NCBI GenBank assembly: GCA_903930345.1
Contig: CAIYYI010000683.1
Span: 1 to 22,798 of the forward strand
DNA: 22,798 nucleotides
Direction of reading: 5' to 3'
Source of the DNA: an uncultured Verrucomicrobiota bacterium
GTDB taxonomy: Bacteria; Verrucomicrobiota; Verrucomicrobiia; Limisphaerales; CAIYYI01
This document shows positions 8,795 through 15,681 of the stretch, piece after piece. A program made the translations under genes and the position numbers. Under the pieces are notes generated by a model. It was not told the DNA's origin. It ran no database searches and worked only from the letters and a program-made list of their open reading frames with translations. Every line of letters starts with the position of its first letter. Positions within the stretch are counted from its first letter, which is position 1.

Positions 8795-10483
8795 TCAAGC
8801 GCCAACCAACCCCGTGGGCAGTCGGAATTTTCGGGCTTTCCGGCCCGTTAGAAAGGAGGTGGATAGTTCCATTCGGCCTGGCCAAGAGATGGTTCTGCCA
8901 GGCAGGAGCTCGTATTTGTCCCGCAGGAGCACACGTGTCGACTCTGAGATTTGAATGCTTCCTGCTTGCCCTTGAGCTTCCAGCAGGCAGGCGGCTTGAA
9001 CGGTTTCACCCCAGAGGTCGTAGATTAGCTTCTTTCTTCCAATCACGCCGCCCACCACAGGTCCGCTGCATAGGCCGATCCGCAGATGCAGTGGCATGCC
9101 GTTGTTTGCGGACAAACGCTTGATCACGCGCTGCATTTCCAAAGCCATCTCTGCGGCGGCGCTTGCATGGTCCTTGCGCAACATGGGTACTCCTGCCGCT
9201 GCCATGTAGCAGTCCGCCACCGTTTTGATCTTTTCCACTTCATGCAGCTCCGCCAGCCAGTCGAACTGGGCATAAATTTCATTGAGCAGGCTGACTGCCC
9301 CAGTGGGGGGGTGATCACGGGTAGCGCTGATAAAGCCGGTAATGTTGGCAAAGAGGACTGTGGCGCTGGGGTGGACGTCGGCAATGGGGGTCTCCCCTTG
9401 GATTAGGCGTTCCGCAATTGTTTTGGGGAGCAAATTGGCTATCAGTTGCTGTGTTTTTCGCTGCTCCAATTGCAGCAGCTCCAGCATGCCATGCTCTCGG
9501 TCACGCAAACGCTTTTTCTCTAGGGCCGCATTCAGGCGGACGTTGAGCAGTACCGGGTTGAACGGCTTCGTCAGGTAATCCTCGGCTCCGATCTCTATGC
9601 AGCGGATGACGTTGTCGGCCTCGTCCAAGGCAGAAAGCATGATCACCGGAATGTGTTTGAGATCCGGGTCAGCTATGATGGCCTGCAGAGTTTGGTAACC
9701 GTCCATCCGGGGCATTATCACATCCAGCAGAATCAGGTCGAATGGCTGTGATTTCAGCAGTTGCAGCGCCTCCAGGCCGTTTTCTGCTTCCACCAGTCGG
9801 TGGCCCTGACGCTCCAGTCGGCGGGAGAGCATATCCCGGTTCATCTCGTTGTCATCCACCAGCAGGATGTCGCTTTTGCGGCTGCTGGAAGCGGTGGCTT
9901 CCTTTTCGGTGGCGACGGACGAGGAGAGGGGTGGGGGACTGCTGGGCAGAATGGCAGGACCCCGTTTGTGCACATCCAGCCGGCTGGGGAAGCTGGCGCT
10001 CTCGAACAGAGCCATCAGGTTGCGCGCTGCCGCGCTAATCTTTTGCAGGTCAGGCAACAGTTCCAGGGACCCGGACTCCTCCACCAGTTCCTGACAAAGC
10101 TCGCTGTAGCCAATGATTAAATTGAGCGGGGTGCGCATCTCCAGCCGGAGGGCGTTCATATCAAGCGCGCCAGATTCCAGCCTCCACGGGGCTAGGGCCT
10201 CGTTGATCAGGGAGAGCAGTTGTCCCCCCGCCGTGTGCACTTTTTGCAGGTCGGGAAGGAATTCCTTTTGCGCCTCGGTGGTTAATTCCTCCATCAGGAG
10301 TTCGCAATACCCCAGAATCTGGTTTAGCGGGGTGCGCAGGGAATGGCGCATGCCGGCCAGTGAATCCTGGGGATTGTGGCCACCAAAGCTGGAATCAGCG
10401 TCCGCCGTCTGCGCCTCCTGGGCTGTGGAGTTGGCGGGTTTTTGGCTGGCTTTTGCGTGGCCTGTGGCGTCCGGGGAGTTCAC
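8795..10483 (-). CDS. Multidomain signalling protein: tandem DHp (HisKA-like) domains without an ATPase domain, a REC receiver, and a degenerate class III adenylate/guanylate cyclase homology domain (probable pseudo-cyclase)
   Basis: DHp1 ..GMRHSLRTPLNQILGYCELLMEEL.. (H47 present) and DHp2 ..LRLEMRTPLNLIIGYSELCQEL.. (Leu at the His position) both resemble the DHp of the upstream hybrid kinase. No HATPase_c N/G1/G2 boxes follow. REC: DILLVDDNEMNRDMLSRRL..LILLDVIMPRMDG..LTKPF. CHD (aa ~372-525): ..VLFANITGFIS..KIKTVADCYMAAAG..LRIGLCSGPVVGGVIGRKKLIYDLWGETVQAACLLEAQG..IQISEST. GTG start at 10481-10483 overlaps the TGA of the upstream REC gene (GTGA). Confidence 0.8.
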   Translation of the reverse strand: MNSPDATGHAKASQKPANSTAQEAQTADADSSFGGHNPQDSLAGMRHSLRTPLNQILGYCELLMEELTTEAQKEFLPDLQKVHTAGGQLLSLINEALAPWRLESGALDMNALRLEMRTPLNLIIGYSELCQELVEESGSLELLPDLQKISAAARNLMALFESASFPSRLDVHKRGPAILPSSPPPLSSSVATEKEATASSSRKSDILLVDDNEMNRDMLSRRLERQGHRLVEAENGLEALQLLKSQPFDLILLDVIMPRMDGYQTLQAIIADPDLKHIPVIMLSALDEADNVIRCIEIGAEDYLTKPFNPVLLNVRLNAALEKKRLRDREHGMLELLQLEQRKTQQLIANLLPKTIAERLIQGETPIADVHPSATVLFANITGFISATRDHPPTGAVSLLNEIYAQFDWLAELHEVEKIKTVADCYMAAAGVPMLRKDHASAAAEMALEMQRVIKRLSANNGMPLHLRIGLCSGPVVGGVIGRKKLIYDLWGETVQAACLLEAQGQAGSIQISESTRVLLRDKYELLPGRTISWPGRMELSTSFLTGRKARKFRLPTGLVGA

Positions 10484-10854
10484 GTGCGGGGGCGTTTGAG
10501 CAGAAGGTCAATCTTTTCCAGCAGTCGAGGCAGCTCGATGGGCTTCGTGTCGTAATCGTCGCAGCCGGCTTCCAGGGCTTTTTCGCGGTCGCCCGCCATG
10601 GCATGGGCGGTCAGGGCAATGATGGGGATGTCGGTGGTCAATGGTGCGGACTTGATCACTTTGGTGGCCTCCCAGCCGTCTAATACGGGCAGGCTCATGT
10701 CCATCAGGATCAGGTCCGGCAATTCGCTCTGGGCCTTGGCCACTCCATCCGAGCCGTCGGCTGCCATCACCACCTCAAAGCCCCTTCGGATCAGTCGGCG
10801 GGAGAGCATGTCCCGGTTCATTTCGTTGTCTTCTACCAGTAAAATTTTGGGCAT
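10480..10854 (-). CDS. Stand-alone response-regulator receiver (CheY-like) protein
   Basis: MPKILLVEDNEMNRDMLSRRL..LILMDMSLPVLDG..IIALTAHA..KALEAGCDDYDTKP has all the conserved REC positions (DD pair, phospho-Asp in LMDMS, T/S, K). 124 aa, no output domain. Confidence 0.9.
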   Translation of the reverse strand: MPKILLVEDNEMNRDMLSRRLIRRGFEVVMAADGSDGVAKAQSELPDLILMDMSLPVLDGWEATKVIKSAPLTTDIPIIALTAHAMAGDREKALEAGCDDYDTKPIELPRLLEKIDLLLKRPRT

Positions 10855-10879
10855 GTTATGGGCTCCTGGTCGGGAGCGG

Positions 10880-13294
10880 TTAAGAGTTGGGTTTGGGTAA
10901 AACCTTTTTTACCAGGTCGCGTACCTGTTGTGCCAGAGCCTCGGGCGAGCAGGAACCCTTTTGGACCACTGTCTCGACCAGGCCTTGCAGCCGCTGGTGT
11001 TCTGCGTCTGTCATCTCCATTCCAGTCACCACTACCACCGGGATTGACTGCCATTCTGGCTGTTGGCGGAAGTACTCCAGAAATTCAAAGCCGTTCATTT
11101 CCGGCATCATCATGTCGAGCATGATTAGCGATGGGGGCGGGCCTTGCTCTAGTTTCTCCACGGCATCGTGGCCGTTGCTTGCCTCGCTTACCTGCCAGCC
11201 TTCCTTTGTCAGGATGGCGCGCAGAATGCGCCTGGTTTCCTCATCATCATCCACTAGCAGCACTTCGCTGTGCTGGCTGCTCTTGCGGTATTTTTTCAGC
11301 AGCGTGGAGAGCTGGTCCCGTTGGATGGGTTTGGTGAGATACTCTGATGCGCCCAGTGCAAAGCCCATGTGGCGGTCTTCGATCATGCTCAGCATGATCA
11401 CGGGGATTTTTGCTACTTCCGGATCGGCCTTCAGGGCATTCAGCACCGTCCATCCGTCCATGTCAGGCATCATGACATCTAGGGTGATGACATCGGGCTT
11501 AAACTCCCTCGCCATGCGCAGACCATCTTTGCCGCCCTTGGCGGTTTCCACCCGGTATCCTTCCTTTTCCAGGAAGCGCTTCATGAGATCGTGAACCACT
11601 GGATCATCGTCCACGACCAGGATTCGGCTGGCATCCTTGGGCAGGGTTGCGCGGTTGCGGGCGGGTTCCGTGGTCGCGTTTTCCTCACCTTCGGTGGCGG
11701 GTTGGCAGACGGATGGCAGCCTTAGGGTGAAGGTGGACCCTTTCCCGTATTCACTGCTTACCAGGGCGTCGCCGCCCATTAGCCTACAGAACCGCCGGGT
11801 GATGGCCAGACCCAGTCCGGTGCCGCCAAACTTTTTGGTCGTGCCCGCGTCCGCCTGCACAAAAGGTTGGAATAATCTCTCCATCTGTTCAGGCAGCAGG
11901 CCGATTCCGGTGTCGCTCACGCTCAGGTTGATCCATTCCCTGTCGCTTTCCGACTGCCTTTGGGCTTGCAGGGTGATGGTTCCTTGCTTGGTGAATTTGC
12001 AGGCGTTGCTGAGCAGGTTAAACAGCGATTGTCTTACCTTGGTCAGGTCGGCAGTCATGCTCCCTAGAGCCGCATCGCACTTCACGGTGATGTTGTTGTT
12101 GTTCTTTTCCAGCAGGGGCTGAATGGTGGCGGTCACCTCCTTCACTAGATCGTCAACGGAGAATTCCTCCAGATACAGGGTGATTTTCCCAGCCTCAATC
12201 TTGGAAAGGTCTAGGATGTCATTGATAAGGGAAAGCAGATGCTTTCCGGCACTGTGAATATTTTTCAGGTCTGCCTCCATCGCCTCCTCCCCCATGTCGG
12301 CAGTCTCCTCCATCAGCATCTCGCTGTAGCCAATGATGGCATTGAGGGGGGTGCGCAGCTCATGGCTCATGTTGGCCAGAAAGGCGCTTTTGGATTGGCT
12401 GGCCTCCTCAGCGTCGTTTCGGGCTTTTTGCGCATCCATGGTGGCCTGCTCCAGTTCCACCGTGCGCTCCCTGACCTTGGTTTCAAGGGTGGAGTTGGCC
12501 TCCTGCAGGCGGTGGTTGGACTCCTCAGTGGCGGTGTTGGCCGCCCGCAGCTCCTCATTTCTGCGGCTGATCGTGCCCACCATCTCGTTGAATGCCCGCA
12601 TCAGTGCTCCCATTTCGTCCTGCCCTTTTGGGATGACGCGCACGGAAAAATCATGTCGGTCTGTTAGTGCCCGCGCGGCTGCGCCCAACTCTTGAACGGG
12701 CCTGATGATGATCCGTTGTAACGCAAAGGAAATAAAGAGGGAAGCCAGCGAGGAAACTAGTATGACGATGGCCGCGATGTTGGCATAGCGCTTGTAATTG
12801 GTGTTGAGGGCTCCCTTCAAGTCAGCTTTTAAGTAGAGCACCCCCACCCGTTTTCCTTCGTTCTCAATGGGGCGGAACAGGATCAGGGTCCCCCCTTCAA
12901 AGTGATGTCGGAGCTGCCGGGGAACCAGTGGCACTAATTCAGAGCTTGAAGGATGCAAGTATCTTGCAATTAACAAATTATCTGAGCCCTCGTTGTAGTT
13001 ATACAGGCCGGCTGCCAGAATATGCGGATAACCAGCTAGTGTATTCAGTGCCTGGGTGGCTTCAGCCCGTTTATCCTGTTGCATCAACCCGCTTACGCTG
13101 CTGCTCAGCATCGTGGCGGTGGCGTTCAGATCCTGGATGGCATTCTGGTTAAACTTGTATACTTCATAAGCGATGATGCCGCCACCTCCAGCCAGCGATG
13201 AAATCAGACTGGCCGTCAGCAATCCCCCCATCAGCTTCCAGCGAAATGAAACAGTGTCTAGCCAGCGCATGGTTAGTTTTATTTTGCCCGGCAT
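10880..13294 (-). CDS. Hybrid sensor histidine kinase: 2 TM with periplasmic sensor, HAMP, HisKA, HATPase_c, then two REC domains
   Basis: TM1 ~aa 20-43, a periplasmic domain of about 125 aa, and TM2 IAAIVILVSSLASLFISFAL. HAMP-like region QRIIIRPVQELGAAARAL..MGALMRAFNEMV. H-box ..FLANMSHELRTPLNAIIGYSEML. (H311). N/G boxes ..LFNLLSNACKFT..DTGIGL..GGTGLGLAI.. REC1 ILVVDDDPVVHDL..LDVMMPDMDG..LTKP and REC2 VLLVDDDEETRRIL..LDMMMPEMNG. ATG at 13292-13294; an alternative ATG lies 8 codons in. Confidence 0.9.
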   Translation of the reverse strand: MPGKIKLTMRWLDTVSFRWKLMGGLLTASLISSLAGGGGIIAYEVYKFNQNAIQDLNATATMLSSSVSGLMQQDKRAEATQALNTLAGYPHILAAGLYNYNEGSDNLLIARYLHPSSSELVPLVPRQLRHHFEGGTLILFRPIENEGKRVGVLYLKADLKGALNTNYKRYANIAAIVILVSSLASLFISFALQRIIIRPVQELGAAARALTDRHDFSVRVIPKGQDEMGALMRAFNEMVGTISRRNEELRAANTATEESNHRLQEANSTLETKVRERTVELEQATMDAQKARNDAEEASQSKSAFLANMSHELRTPLNAIIGYSEMLMEETADMGEEAMEADLKNIHSAGKHLLSLINDILDLSKIEAGKITLYLEEFSVDDLVKEVTATIQPLLEKNNNNITVKCDAALGSMTADLTKVRQSLFNLLSNACKFTKQGTITLQAQRQSESDREWINLSVSDTGIGLLPEQMERLFQPFVQADAGTTKKFGGTGLGLAITRRFCRLMGGDALVSSEYGKGSTFTLRLPSVCQPATEGEENATTEPARNRATLPKDASRILVVDDDPVVHDLMKRFLEKEGYRVETAKGGKDGLRMAREFKPDVITLDVMMPDMDGWTVLNALKADPEVAKIPVIMLSMIEDRHMGFALGASEYLTKPIQRDQLSTLLKKYRKSSQHSEVLLVDDDEETRRILRAILTKEGWQVSEASNGHDAVEKLEQGPPPSLIMLDMMMPEMNGFEFLEYFRQQPEWQSIPVVVVTGMEMTDAEHQRLQGLVETVVQKGSCSPEALAQQVRDLVKKVLPKPNS

Positions 13295-13548
13295 TTATTG
13301 CCATGACGACGTCATCCCAGGCTTGTATTTTTCAGTTTGGCTTCCCGCCGGTCGCTACCTGAAAATATAATTAAAGTTCCAATCAATCAAGTGATTTCAA
13401 ACGATCCCACGATTACAGACAGCGTATTCTCACAACACTGCATCTGAAGGGTTTTTGCCTTTCATTATGAATACCCAGTGTAACGCGAGCATCTAATTGG
13501 CATCAGGTTGGTAAATTAAAAAAACGCATGAATTGGAAGGTTCGAGCC

Positions 13549-14295
13549 ATGAAATACACCCACAGCGGATTCACCGGGCTGGCCATCGCGGCAGTATTAA
13601 CCGGGCTAAGCGGTTGCGGCGGTGATGCCCCTCCGCCCATTCCCACCCCGGTCAAACCGACCAACTCAGTCGTGGCTGTGGCGGCAGCCCCGGTTGCGGG
13701 GGCAACCAAGCCGGTTTCCGCCGTGGGCCAGGTTCGTTTGGAGGCCCAGGTGGGGGGCAAAATCCGCTACGAGGGCACTTCCACCATCCATGACTGGTAC
13801 GCCGAGGGTTCCATCATTAGCGGCTCCGTTGAAATGGATCCCGCCTTCCCACTCGACCCGGCTGCCAAGCCGCCGGTGGGCAAGATCAACATGAAGGCCA
13901 CGGTCACCATCCCGGTGCGCACCCTGAAAAGCTCCAGCAAGAAGCCCATGGATATCATCATGTACGACTACATGAAGATCGACCAATTCCCCAAGATCGA
14001 GTACAAGCTCACCGAGATGACCCTCAAGGAAATCCCGGCGCGCGGCGGGCTGATGTGTGAGGCGGTGGGGGACCTCACCGTGGCGGGTGTCACCAAGAAG
14101 ATCACCATGCCCATCGGGCTGGAACGTCTGACCAAGGATACGTGCAAGTTTTACACAATGGCTCCGGTTAAGCTCAAGATGACCGATTACGGCATCACTC
14201 CCCCCAATCCGAACATCGCCGGGGTCGGCATCAAGACCGGGGATGAAATCTCCCTCACGTTTGAATGGCCGGTGGGTGTGGGCGGCACACAATAA
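13549..14295 (+). CDS. YceI-like periplasmic lipoprotein (polyisoprenoid-binding family)
   Basis: Lipoprotein signal peptide with lipobox LSGC (MKYTHSGFTGLAIAAVLTGLSGC). The body shows a YceI-like pattern (..EGTSTIHDWYAEGSIISGSVEMDP.., ..MCEAVGDLTVAGVTKKITMPIGL..). ATG 13549 preferred over 13528 because GGAAGG sits 8 nt upstream. Confidence 0.65.
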   Translation: MKYTHSGFTGLAIAAVLTGLSGCGGDAPPPIPTPVKPTNSVVAVAAAPVAGATKPVSAVGQVRLEAQVGGKIRYEGTSTIHDWYAEGSIISGSVEMDPAFPLDPAAKPPVGKINMKATVTIPVRTLKSSSKKPMDIIMYDYMKIDQFPKIEYKLTEMTLKEIPARGGLMCEAVGDLTVAGVTKKITMPIGLERLTKDTCKFYTMAPVKLKMTDYGITPPNPNIAGVGIKTGDEISLTFEWPVGVGGTQ

Positions 14296-14301
14296 GGCCG
14301 T

Positions 14302-14985
14302 TCACCGTTTTTGATTGTGATCAGCCCGGCAGTATTTTAGGGCGGCCAGTTCGGCCGCCCGCTGCCGGGTCGGGTCATCCGGTTGCCAAGGCAGCCACGT
14401 CACCCCCCAATCCCGGGTGGCCGCCTGCTGCAAAGCCAGGGCAAAAGCCGAACGTTCCAGCCCCAGCGGGGGCGGTTGAATGGAACCCTGGATCAGCAAC
14501 CCCAGGTGATTGCGGCGCTGGGCGGCGCCGGCCACTTTGCGCCCCTGCCACAGGACGTCGGACTGCTCGTACCCGGCAAAGCACTGGCCCGGAAGATCAT
14601 GCCGGGCGGCGGTGGCCAGTTCCGTGGGGATGCCCAGCCCCTCAAAGCCCCGTCGAAGCCAGTCATGGGTGCGATGGTAGCTTTCCTGGGCGCGCAGTTC
14701 GTGCCAGGGGTGCCCGGGGGGGAAACACAGGCTATAGGTCCAATCCGCGTCATGCGGTACCAATCCGCCCCCGGTGGGCCGCCGCACCAGGGGGCGAAGC
14801 TGGGTGGTCCGCGCAATTTCCGCGTGCTTTTGGAAATACCCGAAAGTGGCCGCCGGTTCGGTCCAGCCATACCAGCGGAGGACCGGGTGTTTCCTGGCCT
14901 GCGCGTTCTCCAGCAAGGCCTCATCCCACGCCATGTTTTCCGGCGGGGGCTGGGGGCCGCTCTCCAGTACGCACCACGTTTCCAT
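14302..14985 (-). CDS. Lipoate-protein ligase / octanoyltransferase family protein (BPL_LplA_LipB catalytic domain only)
   Basis: ..LVRRPTGGGLVPHDADWTYSL.. matches the LplA RRxSGGGAVYHD lipoyl-AMP-binding motif. At 227 aa it lacks the LplA C-terminal accessory domain, so it resembles LipM/LipB-sized enzymes. Confidence 0.7.
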   Translation of the reverse strand: METWCVLESGPQPPPENMAWDEALLENAQARKHPVLRWYGWTEPAATFGYFQKHAEIARTTQLRPLVRRPTGGGLVPHDADWTYSLCFPPGHPWHELRAQESYHRTHDWLRRGFEGLGIPTELATAARHDLPGQCFAGYEQSDVLWQGRKVAGAAQRRNHLGLLIQGSIQPPPLGLERSAFALALQQAATRDWGVTWLPWQPDDPTRQRAAELAALKYCRADHNQKR

Positions 14986-14991
14986 GATGGG

Positions 14992-15651
14992 TTAGGCGGC
15001 CACCACGTTGGCGGATGGGCAAAGGGTGGCTATCTCACACTGGCCGCATGCCGGGTTACGGGCCCCACACCGGCGGCGTCCGTGCCAGATCAGCCAATGG
15101 CTGATGACAATCCATTGCTCTGGCGGGAGCAGTTTTTGCAGGTCCAGTTCGATTTTCTCCGGTTGCTTTTCCGGGGTCAGCCCCAACCGCTCGCTCAGGC
15201 GGGCCACATGGGTGTCCACCACAATCCCGGAAGTGATGCCAAAGGCATTGCCCAGAACCACATTGGCGGTCTTGCGCCCCACGCCGGCCAGCGCCGTCAG
15301 CGCGTCCATGGTGCGCGGCACCTCCCCGCCGTGGTCCTGGACCAGGGTGCGGCAGGCGGACTGGATGTTTTTGGCCTTGTTCCGGTACAGGCCGATGCGT
15401 TTGATGTCGGTCTCGAAGATCTCCGGTGCCGCATTCGCGTAATCCGCCGCCGTCCGGTACTTGGCAAATAGGTCCGCCGTGACCAGGTTCACCTGTTTGT
15501 CTGTGCATTGGGCGGAAAGGATGGTCGCCACCAGTAATTCCAGCGGGTTGCGAAAATCAAGTTCGCAATGGGCATCCGGATACGCCAGCGCCAGCGCGGC
15601 GTTGATTTTCGCCAGCCGTTGCTGGCGTTGTGCCTGTGTTTCGCGGGCCAT
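14992..15651 (-). CDS. nth: Endonuclease III (DNA glycosylase / AP lyase)
   Basis: HhH-GPD fold: ..ELLVATILSAQCTDKQVN.., catalytic Lys in LAGVGRKTANVVL and Asp in VDTHVARL. C-terminal [4Fe-4S] ligands CGARNPACGQCEIATLC (C-X6-C-X2-C-X5-C). Near full-length alignment to E. coli Nth from memory. Confidence 0.9.
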   Translation of the reverse strand: MARETQAQRQQRLAKINAALALAYPDAHCELDFRNPLELLVATILSAQCTDKQVNLVTADLFAKYRTAADYANAAPEIFETDIKRIGLYRNKAKNIQSACRTLVQDHGGEVPRTMDALTALAGVGRKTANVVLGNAFGITSGIVVDTHVARLSERLGLTPEKQPEKIELDLQKLLPPEQWIVISHWLIWHGRRRCGARNPACGQCEIATLCPSANVVAA

Positions 15652-15681
15652 AGAATGCGCTTAAAGAGGGCGGAGCGTTCT

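Noticed and set aside
14383-15471. 362-aa plus-strand ORF
   Set aside because: Antisense to the lipoate ligase and nth genes, both recognisable by conserved active-site motifs.
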